Shown here: positions 17,697 through 27,312 of the stretch, piece by piece
Layout: every line of letters begins with the position of its first letter
Position numbering within the stretch: the stretch's first letter is position 1
From: a virus
Lineage: Duplodnaviria > Caudoviricetes
Strand: one strand, 5' to 3'
Length of the DNA stretch: 62,480 bases
Virus record (IMG/VR): IMGVR_UViG_3300047276_000715
Span: 1-62,480 of that record
Program-made: the position numbers and the translations under genes
Notes under the pieces: generated by a model
Database searches by the model: none
What the model was told of the DNA's origin: nothing
Seen by the model: the letters and a program-made list of their open reading frames with translations, nothing else

Positions 17697-18119
17697 TTAG
17701 GCGATGGCTCCTTTGATCAGAGCAAAGCCGATCACGATGGCTTCACTAAGGCTGCCGGCGGTGACGTTGCGCACGTTGATCGTGGCCGAACCTGCAGCGC
17801 ATTGCGCGTTCAACGTGTAGGCCCCTGCAGTGCCTGCGCTGACATGGTTCAGCACCAGCACATCGTTGGCGCCGATGGTGGTGTTGGTGAGCACGAAACT
17901 GACCGTGGTTGAAGCAGCAAGGGCTGCACCGTTGAGTGTGATCTGGCCGGTCTTCTTGTTGAGCGTGACGCCTGTTGCCTTGCTGGTGGCCTGCGTGACG
18001 ACACCACCTTCTCCGGTGATGTAGCCAGCCTTGTCGGTGTTGAGGTTGGTGAAGTTGGCATCAAGCTCGGTATGGGTCAGCGGGCTGCCCTTACCGGCAC
18101 GGGTGACGATGAGTGACAT
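17697..18119 (-). CDS. Putative virion decoration/fibre protein
   Basis: TRAGKGSPLTHTELDANF N-terminus, beta-rich Thr/Ala/Gly body; lies between M and L. Confidence 0.7.
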   Translation of the reverse strand: MSLIVTRAGKGSPLTHTELDANFTNLNTDKAGYITGEGGVVTQATSKATGVTLNKKTGQITLNGAALAASTTVSFVLTNTTIGANDVLVLNHVSAGTAGAYTLNAQCAAGSATINVRNVTAGSLSEAIVIGFALIKGAIA

Positions 18120-18147
18120 TGGCTTCGGTCGATGTGGTCAGTCTAGA

Positions 18148-18489
18148 CTAGGGCTCAAATACCTGTCGGAATGTCACGGTAATCTTGCTTCTTTGAAATT
18201 CATACATTTCCCTGCTCCACGGCTCTGATACCCACTTATAAGAAGTGCTTGAGTCTGGTGGCGTCCAGTCAAAGCTTTCTGCGTCATCGGCTCTTGCATT
18301 TAAGAATGCTTCAATAATATCTGCGTCTTCATCGGCAAGGTCAAAAGTAAGTTGCCACTTTTTTGGATTTTGATTTAATCCAAAGGCAATCCTTTGCTCA
18401 AAACCATCGCCAAACTTGACGGTACGAATAACCGGCTCGCTTGACTTAGTGGCTGGGTAAATCGGTTGATAGGCTGGAAAAGTTGCCAT
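18148..18489 (-). CDS. Minor tail protein M (distal tail, lambda gpM-like)
   Basis: VKFGDGFEQR...GLN, SFDWTPP, FRQVFEP. Confidence 0.93.
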   Translation of the reverse strand: MATFPAYQPIYPATKSSEPVIRTVKFGDGFEQRIAFGLNQNPKKWQLTFDLADEDADIIEAFLNARADDAESFDWTPPDSSTSYKWVSEPWSREMYEFQRSKITVTFRQVFEP

Positions 18490-18493
18490 TGGT

Positions 18494-21400
18494 TTAGCTG
18501 CTCAGTAAGCCACCGGGACGTTTTTGTTTTGCGATTTCAGACTGAACTGCAGCAGTGATCACCCTGCCAAGCTCTTTTGCATTGGTGTTATCACCAGCCA
18601 CTTTAGTCCCAGTGGCGTCAACGTGAATCGTGATGTTCGTATCGCCGCCACCACCGCCGTAGGCATGAACACCCAGCGCGCCACCAGGCCCCCTGGCAAG
18701 GGGCATGATCGCCTCACTGCCGGCCTCTCCCATCACCCCGGTCCGCATTGCGGCGCCGTCTGCAAACCTGAAAAGGGTTGGCGAGGAGACGATGGAATTG
18801 GTGAACATCCCACCGTTTGCAAAAGGAACGATTCCATTTGCATTGAAAGCATTGCCATTGGCATTTGGCGTTGGCATGAATCCACCGCCATAGCCGGGGC
18901 TGATCGGTAAAGACGGTGCGCCCGGGAACAACTGCAGCCCGCTATTAAGTATTGTCATCTCAATCCACTTAGCAATAATCTTGCCAGCCATGTCGAGGAA
19001 GAAGTTCGCAACATTATTGAAGAAGCTCGCAAGCGCATCCTGTGCCGTCATCGTTCCATTGATAACTCCCATAAATGACTGGCTAAAGGCATCGCCAATA
19101 CCAGCGGCGGCAGACTTGACCTGATTAATTGGATCAAGCATGGCATTCAGCTCTTCCCTTGCTCTATTTGCTTCACTTGCAATCTGCGATCCAAACGAGT
19201 TTTCAGCCTGGATTCCAGCAAGCGCTGTCGTTGTTTTTGCACTAATTGAATCGCGAACATTTTGCAGTATATCAACCAGACCTTCCAGCGCTTTCTTCAT
19301 CTCTGGATTTTCTTGGATCAAAGCTGCGGCCTGAAGCGCAGCTATCAAAATAGAAACATTTTTTTCTTGCTGACTTCCAATTAACTTAGTTTGCGCTAAT
19401 TGCTCTGCGAGCGCAGGCGTGGCTCCAGTTTTTATGTAATCAACGTATAGCTTTTCATATTGAAGTTTTTCTTGTTGCGCTTTAATAATTTTATTTAATT
19501 CATCAAGATAGCCGGCTGCTGGGTCTAAAAACTTTTTGGCAAGATCAATATCTTGTGCCGTTAGTCCATTTATTTTTTCAAGTCCAATAATAATATTTTG
19601 ATATGCTGTATTGGCCCTAACAGCGGCCTCCTCTGCTTTAGAGGCTGGGGCAGATGTATCGGTGAGAGCAGGAGCGGCACCCATTGGAGTGAGCCTGCTT
19701 ACCGAAAGACCGGATAGCCTATCTTCTATTTTTCTCTTTGCTTCATCCAAGTATTTGATTGTCGCATTAAAGTCCACAAATTGCTTATTCAACAAATCAA
19801 GCTCTTTGCCGGTCAGCGACTTTTTGCCTTGATAAAAACTTTCAAGTTCTTGCATGACTTTCATTTGCTCAGCTCTTTGCAGAGCCATAGCCTGTTTAAG
19901 GCCATAAGTTGCGCCCTCGATCTGACGCTCTAACCCTTTTCTTTGCACTTCATCATTTTGTTTGTTAATTTGCTCGTTAATTCTTCTAATTTTTAACTGA
20001 CTGTCTTCGTTGGCCCTTGCAATACGCAAAGCATTGTCAAGCTTGTAGCGTTCAATTGCGATCATTGCTTTTTGCGCTTCAAGCTGAGCACTGCGCTGCT
20101 TGTCCTGCGCTTCTTGCTCAACCGACTTGCGCCCAGTGCGCCATTCGTCTAGCGCTGTCTGAACAGTATTGAGAAGCGCTCCCTCCTCTGGTGTTGATGA
20201 CATTGCGGCAGCAAGAGATCGCTGCATTGAGGACTGCTTGTTTGCGAGCTCCTCTGCCTTGATCGCTTCTTGTCTTTTTTTCTTTTCAAACTCAAATCTT
20301 TGCTCAGTCATCTTCACCTGAGCGTCTTGCACTTTTCTCGCTACTGCAATATCAAAGTCTTGCTGCGCTCTTGCATTTTGCAGTACCATGTCGTAATATT
20401 GCTGTGCATTTTGCTTGTTTTTTTCGGCAATATCCCTATTGTGATCCAGGATTGTATTATAAATTGACTGTGCATCCTTGAGGGCAATAGCAATTTCCTT
20501 TGCCGCAAACTCTTTGTTTTTAAGATGAAGAAGTTCTTGGAATTTTGCGCGACCCTCGGCTGTGTCTGGTCCCGGAGTTAACCTTAGATCCCTAATTTCT
20601 TTTTCAAAGGCCTTTTGCCTTTCTAAGGCTGCAACCTTTTTCTCAAATATAGCAAGCTGGGCGTTGTTCATCTTAAGCGTTTGACCAGCCCAGAGAGCTC
20701 TTTTTTCTTCAAGTTTCGCAAGTTCGTCCTGTGCCTCAATCTGCTTGTTTAATTCGTTTAATTGATTTTCGTACTCAGCCGTATTTGAAAGGCCAAGATC
20801 GGTTAGCAACTGCCCTAATTCTGCTATTCCAGGAATCAGAGCAATTAGGCTCATTATTCCAGTAACGACAAAATTAATAACAAAAAGAATTGCTTGAACG
20901 ACTCGAAGTATTGCCGTCAGTGCAAGGATAAATGGCGCAGCAAGAAGTCCGAGTATTGACTGGGCTGACTTAAGCACCCCATCCCATGCTTTTTGTAATT
21001 CATTTACAGCAGTTGCACCTGCCTTGAATCCAAGCTGATTAATGTCACCGGTTTGAGTAGTTATAGCTGCTCCAGCTATATCTTTTGCTTGTTGCGACTC
21101 TCCCGCCTTAAGCATCATTCGAGTTTGCGCTTCCAGTTCAGCGCTGAACGCAATACCCTGTTCTCTTAGTTTTCCGTATTCTCCATTTACCATCGCAAGT
21201 GCATTGCCAAGCTTTGCAGCCGAAGCAACTGATTGATCAAGAATCTGACCAATAGCGCCACCAAGAATCTGACCGCCAAAACCAGAGCCAAAGAAAGAGC
21301 CAATCGCAGAGCCAGCAACCGATCCAGGGCCAGCTCCAAACATCAGCGGGAAACCTACGCCAAGGGCAAGGTTTTCATTGAATGCGGTTTTTTCTTTTTT

Positions 21401-23503
21401 GCGTGTATCCCTTTCGCGAATTACAGCAAGCCGTCTTTCAAAATCTTCAGCTCTTTTTATTTGAAGAATTTCTTCTTTTCTTAACTGCAATGCTTTTTGC
21501 CTTGTATTCATTGCCTTGAAGTCTGCGCCAGCCTGTTGATTAGCGGCGACCATGTTTTCTGCATCAATCATGGTTAATGTATGCAGATGTTGCTGTACTT
21601 CATCAAGCGTCCTGTTTGTGCGAGTAAGCCCCATGTTTACATCGCCAACAATATCATTAAATGCATCCATGTAATCGGTTGATACCTTAAGGTCCATATT
21701 CATTTCCGTCACAGAATCTATCACTGCGGTAAATAGATCCTCTGGACGCTCTTTGGGCGTATTTAGTTCGCCAATATTTAGCTCCATTGACGACATAGCG
21801 TCAATAGCGCTTTCAAAAATATTTGTCTGTCTGTCAAGTACAAGTTTTACGTCGTTTCCAAATTGCTTAATGCTTCCACCCATGCCAGATTGGCCAAATG
21901 CCTTTCCAAGTGCGTAAGCAGCTTCTGCTGCTGACTTTGCTGCAGGCGCAAAAGCCATGAGGGCGATAGTGCCAATTGCCACCTCGTTAGGGATTTGCCC
22001 AAGACCGTCAAGGAGACCTGTAAGCATCCCAGGAACGCCACCAAGGGCATCATTGAACGCCGAGCCCATGTCTCCAATTACATTGACAGCCCAGTCGCCA
22101 ACAGCATTTCGGAGGGAAGAAAGCGGTCCCTGAGCGCTTGTAAGCGCTTCCGAGGCCCCAGCAAGGGTCATGCTTGCAGCGGAAACACCTTTTGCGATAC
22201 CAAAGCCGCCTGCCGTCAGGCCGCCACGAATCAAGGCATTTGTTCCACCTCTCTTTACATTTTCAATTGTGCTTTGAATACCACTGGCAACCTCTTGTCC
22301 TTTGCCAAACGTAATTGCATCAACAATTGTATCCCTGATTTCAGCCTCTTTCTTTTTTCTTTGCTCAACAAGCTTTAGTCTTTCGTCTTCAAGTTTCAAG
22401 GAGTCCTTGAGTGAATTATCCCTGATCGAAGCAAGTTCTTTTTCAACGGTAAGCATTTCTTTTATCATGTCTCTTTCTTCGATCAGGTGCCTTGCACCGC
22501 CAGGCCTTCCAGCAGGAAGCGGCCCCATCGGAATATCTGAGGCTTGTGCTCCACGCAGTCTTGCGTATTTTTGAAGAGTCTCCGTTTTCAGCCTTTCAGC
22601 TTCTTGCGTTGCGTCTGAAAAAAAGTTAGACCAGGACCTAATTGCGTCCTGTCTTTTGCCAATTGCAGCACTTATTTCACTCTGCTCATTCGCAGATTTT
22701 ATAGCCGCTTCATTGATTTCTGCCTTCAGCAGATTTAAAGAGCCAGAAATGCTGGTTTTCAGTTTTTCAGCCTCTGACTCCAGGCCTGCGGAAACTGCAG
22801 CTCTAAACTCTGAAATTTGTTTTTCTATTGCAGATACGCTTTCTATTCCAACCGATTTTGCCGCTGGCTGCAGAGGCACTCCCTGCAGGGAGAGACCGCC
22901 ACTGGTAGAGATTCCGGCAGCCTTGCCGCGAAGTCCAGAAAGCTGCGTCTCGAAGCCTTGGGCGGCAAAAGATGATTTAATTTGAAAAGAAGAAAGCCTA
23001 TTGATTTGATTCTGAATTTGAACAATTGAACTAAGTTCTTGGGTTAGTGATTTAATAAGTGCTAAATTTTTTGTTCCACCGTCGGTAGCCGCGTCGTATG
23101 CCTGTTGTATCGCAACCGCCTGAGATTGCAGAGTTGCAGAAAGGCCTTGCCCGGCTCCACCACGATCAAGGTCTTCGAGGACTTTTGCGTATTGATTTGC
23201 TGCTGCATTTAATTTTGCCTGTTTATTTATTCCTGCTTCCTGTTCTTTATTCCTATTTTTTATTGCATCTTCAATTTTTAATTCAGCGTCATAAACTTCT
23301 CTCAGCTCGGCAAGTAATATTCTATTTTGCCTTCCTGGGTCTTTTGTGAAGCGCCCGGTAGATGGATCCCTTTGCTGCGGGCTTATGTCTAGCTTGTTGA
23401 CTGCAAGAATTTTATCCTGAATTCCATCAATTTTTCGAGACACCTCATCGAGCTGCCTCATTCCAGAAATAAGTAGATTGATTTCTGCGTCGTAACTGGC
23501 CAC
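18494..23503 (-). CDS. Tail tape measure protein
   Basis: 1669 aa helical Ala/Leu/Gln-rich ORF; C-terminal FANGG...MGEAGSEAIMPL...KRPGGLL. Confidence 0.95.
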   Translation of the reverse strand: MASYDAEINLLISGMRQLDEVSRKIDGIQDKILAVNKLDISPQQRDPSTGRFTKDPGRQNRILLAELREVYDAELKIEDAIKNRNKEQEAGINKQAKLNAAANQYAKVLEDLDRGGAGQGLSATLQSQAVAIQQAYDAATDGGTKNLALIKSLTQELSSIVQIQNQINRLSSFQIKSSFAAQGFETQLSGLRGKAAGISTSGGLSLQGVPLQPAAKSVGIESVSAIEKQISEFRAAVSAGLESEAEKLKTSISGSLNLLKAEINEAAIKSANEQSEISAAIGKRQDAIRSWSNFFSDATQEAERLKTETLQKYARLRGAQASDIPMGPLPAGRPGGARHLIEERDMIKEMLTVEKELASIRDNSLKDSLKLEDERLKLVEQRKKKEAEIRDTIVDAITFGKGQEVASGIQSTIENVKRGGTNALIRGGLTAGGFGIAKGVSAASMTLAGASEALTSAQGPLSSLRNAVGDWAVNVIGDMGSAFNDALGGVPGMLTGLLDGLGQIPNEVAIGTIALMAFAPAAKSAAEAAYALGKAFGQSGMGGSIKQFGNDVKLVLDRQTNIFESAIDAMSSMELNIGELNTPKERPEDLFTAVIDSVTEMNMDLKVSTDYMDAFNDIVGDVNMGLTRTNRTLDEVQQHLHTLTMIDAENMVAANQQAGADFKAMNTRQKALQLRKEEILQIKRAEDFERRLAVIRERDTRKKEKTAFNENLALGVGFPLMFGAGPGSVAGSAIGSFFGSGFGGQILGGAIGQILDQSVASAAKLGNALAMVNGEYGKLREQGIAFSAELEAQTRMMLKAGESQQAKDIAGAAITTQTGDINQLGFKAGATAVNELQKAWDGVLKSAQSILGLLAAPFILALTAILRVVQAILFVINFVVTGIMSLIALIPGIAELGQLLTDLGLSNTAEYENQLNELNKQIEAQDELAKLEEKRALWAGQTLKMNNAQLAIFEKKVAALERQKAFEKEIRDLRLTPGPDTAEGRAKFQELLHLKNKEFAAKEIAIALKDAQSIYNTILDHNRDIAEKNKQNAQQYYDMVLQNARAQQDFDIAVARKVQDAQVKMTEQRFEFEKKKRQEAIKAEELANKQSSMQRSLAAAMSSTPEEGALLNTVQTALDEWRTGRKSVEQEAQDKQRSAQLEAQKAMIAIERYKLDNALRIARANEDSQLKIRRINEQINKQNDEVQRKGLERQIEGATYGLKQAMALQRAEQMKVMQELESFYQGKKSLTGKELDLLNKQFVDFNATIKYLDEAKRKIEDRLSGLSVSRLTPMGAAPALTDTSAPASKAEEAAVRANTAYQNIIIGLEKINGLTAQDIDLAKKFLDPAAGYLDELNKIIKAQQEKLQYEKLYVDYIKTGATPALAEQLAQTKLIGSQQEKNVSILIAALQAAALIQENPEMKKALEGLVDILQNVRDSISAKTTTALAGIQAENSFGSQIASEANRAREELNAMLDPINQVKSAAAGIGDAFSQSFMGVINGTMTAQDALASFFNNVANFFLDMAGKIIAKWIEMTILNSGLQLFPGAPSLPISPGYGGGFMPTPNANGNAFNANGIVPFANGGMFTNSIVSSPTLFRFADGAAMRTGVMGEAGSEAIMPLARGPGGALGVHAYGGGGGDTNITIHVDATGTKVAGDNTNAKELGRVITAAVQSEIAKQKRPGGLLSS

Positions 23504-23543
23504 GCGAGGCTGTCCCTACCTCCTTCGAGTCTAGCCAGGCACG

Positions 23544-23571
23544 AAAAAGCCGCTCCACAACGAAGCGGCTA
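23544..23571 (-). terminator. Rho-independent terminator after tail chaperone
   Basis: AGCCGCTTC-GTTGT-GGAGCGGCT-TTTT on minus strand. Confidence 0.75.
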
Positions 23572-23772
23572 TCGACTGCGAGCACCACGCTTCGCTTTGT
23601 CTATCTCTGCATCGTGTCTTTTCTTCTTGATCTGAAAATAAGCTTGCCACAGAAGAAGTTCTTCGTCTGTAACTTTTGTTTTCAGTTCATTTAGAGTACA
23701 GTGCAGAGCCTCGGCAAGTGAGAGCTGAAAATAGAGCCTGCTTTCAGACTCTAGTTCCTTCTCAATTACTTT
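23569..23772 (-). CDS. gpT-like frameshift extension of tail assembly chaperone (+1 frame)
   Basis: KVIEKELESESRLYFQLSLAEALHCTLNELKTKVTDEELLLWQAYFQIKKK...; no ATG/GTG/TTG start near its 5' end. Confidence 0.75.
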   Translation of the reverse strand, partial: KVIEKELESESRLYFQLSLAEALHCTLNELKTKVTDEELLLWQAYFQIKKKRHDAEIDKAKRGARSR

Positions 23773-24133
23773 TCGAGTCTGGTTCAGCGTCCTTCTTGTC
23801 GCGAGGCTTCAGAACACAAAGAATGATCTTTTGAACATCTTCGTCTTCAACTTCTTGGCGCATCACGTCAATGTCACCAGGCTTGAAGAGCTTGTCGCCG
23901 TTTGCGTCAAGAGCTTTTGCAACAAGCAACTGAAAACCAAAGTCACTGTTGCCTTTGGCGGTTGATTGAGCCTTTTCGCGTTCTGCAGCGGTCAGCGGCG
24001 AAACGTAAAAAACAAATTCATCTCCGTTGGCAAGCGTGACCTCTTGCCGAATCGGCTCAAAATTTGCCGCTTTGCGCAGAAGGTCGATGGCACGAATGCC
24101 TTGAGCGACGCGGGGGGTGGTTGTGTCGGCCAT
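23762..24133 (-). CDS. Tail assembly chaperone (gpG-like)
   Basis: Position upstream of tape measure; PLTAAEREKAQ, KALDANGDKLF motifs. Confidence 0.85.
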   Translation of the reverse strand: MADTTTPRVAQGIRAIDLLRKAANFEPIRQEVTLANGDEFVFYVSPLTAAEREKAQSTAKGNSDFGFQLLVAKALDANGDKLFKPGDIDVMRQEVEDEDVQKIILCVLKPRDKKDAEPDSKSN

Positions 24134-24186
24134 AGAAAAAAGATGGTCCTGTTCATCCTATTGCATGAGGAGCGCTAAGGCAAGCG

Positions 24187-25476
24187 TTACCGTGTCACCT
24201 CTTCCCAGTCCATCGTTCCATGAACGCTGCTATTCGCAGTGTCACATGCAACTGAAATTGCAAAAACGTGTGGGGTGGAAGTAAAGGAGTTGCGCTCAAG
24301 CTGATATGCAAACAGCGTATCCTTTAAAATGCTCGCCATTGCATTGGATTGATTGGAGGATGAAAAATACCCAGACGCAACAATCGTTCCACTTGAAATT
24401 GCTGTACCAGAAATATTGTACTCAACCGACGAGTCACTGCCAGCGCTGATCCAACTACCTCCAGTTACAGCTGGCGCAACGTAAACATCCCATTTATAGT
24501 GATGTCCATTGCCAATCCCCATAAAATAAGCAGCGGTTGGCAAGGCAATTGCATCAAGTCGCGCGCTTTTCAATCTAAGCGCCAAGACTGGATATTTCGT
24601 GCCGGCTGCAACGAGAGAATATGGAGCGGTAATTTCGGTCCCGAACGATCTTTGGTCTCCACGCAATTGATAACCTCCTTCGGAGATTACAGTGGAGCAA
24701 ATTTGCTTTAGTGTGCTCGCTTGTGCGGTTGCCGCTTTGTTAGTAATCTCGTACCTCAATGGAAGACAGGCCGTTGTCATATATCCAGTTGAAATAATAT
24801 TTGCGTGATTGAAGGTATGGCAGTGATGGAAGACATTGTTAATTACAAAGCCAACTCTTACGCTTCCCGCGCTAAGCCATTCAAGATCATCCCAAAAAAG
24901 TTGAATTTTTGAGACATCAAGAATTTTGCCAGACGGGCCACTGCCGTCAAGGCGATCTTCTCCATTCCAATTGGCTTGCGAAACACGATTTTCTACAACA
25001 GATCCAGTAACTGAACTTCTCAAAACAAAGCTAATCTGAGAGTCATCAAGTTCAACAAAAATTCCATTTTGGGCACCAAAGTATCCAATTCTTTGCCTAA
25101 GATTTGTTTGTGCTGGCGCAAGCACAAAGCTATTCATTTTTTGCAATGACTTGCCTGGCTGATAGGCAAATACTTTTTTGGTTTCACGAATTACGCTTGA
25201 GCCCGATGCAGTTGTTACAGAAAGATCAACACAGCCTTCATTTGCGTTGAAAACTGCGGTGCCACCATTTGCGGTGCTTGTTGACCAGTAACCATTATCT
25301 GAAAAACGATGACTAGAATCAAATAGTGTCAGTGGATTCGATACGCGCAATCTGTTGAACGCATCAACAGACATGTCTGAAAAGTCTGTGTCAACCTCAA
25401 GTCTTCCATCATTTGTTGCATTGATCGGAAGTGCAGCACCAGTTCCAATCGTTCCGTGAACTACTGCGTCAGGCAT
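24187..25476 (-). CDS. Conserved phage protein, probably virion-associated
   Basis: 429 aa beta-rich ORF; DAFNRLRVSNP.TLFD, YQPGKS, WLSAGSVR, LPLRYEI. Confidence 0.75.
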   Translation of the reverse strand: MPDAVVHGTIGTGAALPINATNDGRLEVDTDFSDMSVDAFNRLRVSNPLTLFDSSHRFSDNGYWSTSTANGGTAVFNANEGCVDLSVTTASGSSVIRETKKVFAYQPGKSLQKMNSFVLAPAQTNLRQRIGYFGAQNGIFVELDDSQISFVLRSSVTGSVVENRVSQANWNGEDRLDGSGPSGKILDVSKIQLFWDDLEWLSAGSVRVGFVINNVFHHCHTFNHANIISTGYMTTACLPLRYEITNKAATAQASTLKQICSTVISEGGYQLRGDQRSFGTEITAPYSLVAAGTKYPVLALRLKSARLDAIALPTAAYFMGIGNGHHYKWDVYVAPAVTGGSWISAGSDSSVEYNISGTAISSGTIVASGYFSSSNQSNAMASILKDTLFAYQLERNSFTSTPHVFAISVACDTANSSVHGTMDWEEVTR

Positions 25477-25490
25477 GGCAAGAAATAAAC

Positions 25491-25517
25491 AAAAGAAAAG
25501 CCCCGCCAAAGCGGGGC
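25491..25517 (-). terminator. Rho-independent terminator after tail tube gene
   Basis: GCCCCGC-TTTG-GCGGGGC-TTTTCTTTT. Confidence 0.85.
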
Positions 25518-25536
25518 AAAAACAACAAAGAACCTA

Positions 25537-26307
25537 TCAGGCGCTTTGTGACAGATCGACGGAGACGTTCGCGGTTGGACGGAAGTTGATGGCCACGCTG
25601 ATCGCGTCATCGGGGTTCACGTTCAGGCTCGCGCTGGTCAGCACAACTTCCATCGAGATTGAGCGTGAAGCGGTTTCACTCACCGAGCCACTGACAACAA
25701 CGCGATCAACATAAAGACGCATTGCGGCGCCAACCTGCTTGCGCTGAAGCACGTCTTCGACCATCCGGTTCGCCAGAGCGGCGTCCTCATCGGTCATGTA
25801 GACGTTCGCGGTGCCATTGCCATCGGCGAAGCCGGTGATGTAGGTCTTGAACGGTGCGTACTGACCTGCATCCTGGCCAATGGTGGTAACGTCGATTTCG
25901 CTTCGAGTAATTTCAAAGCTCCAATCGCGCACCTGAGAAACAAGAGCGTAGTCCGCGTAATCAACACGGAATTCGTTCGGGGCAGTTGCAGTACCAGTGG
26001 TGGTCAGGGTGACAGAAGAACCGCCAAGGGTCGCGGAAACTTTCAGAACACCAGTACCAGGGGTGTACTGAATGACGTAGTAAGTGGTGCCAGCGGTAAG
26101 GCCACCGGGAAGCGTGCCGGCGACAGTACCACCTTGAACGTTGTAAACAGCAAACTTGACGGGATCGCCAACCTTGAGATTCAGGTACGACTCAACAACG
26201 ATTTCGTTGGTTGCAGTGGTAACGTTGGCAGGAGCAAAGGTGCCAGTGGTGCCGGCGGGCTTATACGAAAGAGCGCCAGAAGTGCCGGAAAGGACAGTTG
26301 CGGGCAT
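25537..26307 (-). CDS. Major tail (tube) protein with inserted beta domain
   Basis: VRDWSFEITRSEIDVTT, YITGFADG.G; insert GLTAGTTYYVI. Confidence 0.88.
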   Translation of the reverse strand: MPATVLSGTSGALSYKPAGTTGTFAPANVTTATNEIVVESYLNLKVGDPVKFAVYNVQGGTVAGTLPGGLTAGTTYYVIQYTPGTGVLKVSATLGGSSVTLTTTGTATAPNEFRVDYADYALVSQVRDWSFEITRSEIDVTTIGQDAGQYAPFKTYITGFADGNGTANVYMTDEDAALANRMVEDVLQRKQVGAAMRLYVDRVVVSGSVSETASRSISMEVVLTSASLNVNPDDAISVAINFRPTANVSVDLSQSA

Positions 26308-26361
26308 GACGAAGAAAGCAGGGGGTCAGTGGGCACTGCCCAGCTAGATACAGACTAGCGA

Positions 26362-26793
26362 TCACTTCACGCTGGCCTGCCAACCAGCATCTATTCTGCC
26401 AATAAAATGTGGAATGTCGTCTGGTGTCTGAAAAGACGGTCCAGTGATGGCTCCTATTCTTAAATAAGTCGAAGACGCTGTTTTTGATGTTGCATTAATT
26501 GTATCAATTACCTGCTTTGCTAACTGAATAAGCTGTTGACATCGAGCTGGGCCTGCACTTTTTGGCGCAAAACAACGAACAACAAGAGCTCCTCTTGCTC
26601 GATCAAGCGTTCCATCAAGCGTTGGTTCTGTCGTCAAGCCAAACGTAACATTTACTCTTACATATTCGCTCGGCGGATCAGGAGGAACAGCTGTGACATT
26701 ATCAAAATAAACAGGTACAGGTGGCACCTGTGAGTTGTAGGCCGTAAGCAGTGGGGCCTCGATTTTTGCGCGAATTGACTGATAGGAGGTCAT
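26362..26793 (-). CDS. Tail terminator protein
   Basis: VYFDNV, G.LVVRCFAPK..G; position immediately before tail tube. Confidence 0.8.
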   Translation of the reverse strand: MTSYQSIRAKIEAPLLTAYNSQVPPVPVYFDNVTAVPPDPPSEYVRVNVTFGLTTEPTLDGTLDRARGALVVRCFAPKSAGPARCQQLIQLAKQVIDTINATSKTASSTYLRIGAITGPSFQTPDDIPHFIGRIDAGWQASVK

Positions 26794-27311
26794 TTGTTTT
26801 CACTTGCGAATCCAATTTTTACACCATTTGCAAGAGCTGTTTGCATTGCACCACCCTTAAGATAAGTAACAAACCAATCATCTGGCGCAGTTGCAAATGA
26901 CGTTGGTTCTTTGTCTGAATTGACAATATCAGTTCTCATGCGCCCAACACGCCTACCCTCAAGAACAATATCTCCCTGTGGCATACCTGGCTTAACAAAA
27001 CCCGTGCCTTCCTCAAGGTCAAGTGCAACCATTGCATGATCAGCCGTATTGCTTATTACAAGCTTTCTTGCGCGAGTTGCAGCCTTAATCGTATCGGGCA
27101 GGCTGGGAGTATCCCTGATTGTGTAAGGATATGATCCGTTTTTTCCTTTTCCAACGCCAGGTGCATCAGCGATCCAGCTATTCGCAAATTCGCCAGACCA
27201 GTTTGGGCCTGATTCCGCCAGGCCATTCATGATTTCAGCTGCAGCGTGACGAGCCGCGCTTTGCACTTTGCGTCGAAGATCCCTATTTATCTGTCCAATA
27301 GATTTTCCCAT
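26790..27311 (-). CDS. Neck / tail-completion protein (HK97 gp10-like)
   Basis: GPNWSGEFANSW...ISNTADHA...APDDWF; synteny. Confidence 0.7.
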   Translation of the reverse strand: MGKSIGQINRDLRRKVQSAARHAAAEIMNGLAESGPNWSGEFANSWIADAPGVGKGKNGSYPYTIRDTPSLPDTIKAATRARKLVISNTADHAMVALDLEEGTGFVKPGMPQGDIVLEGRRVGRMRTDIVNSDKEPTSFATAPDDWFVTYLKGGAMQTALANGVKIGFASENK

Positions 27312-27312
27312 C

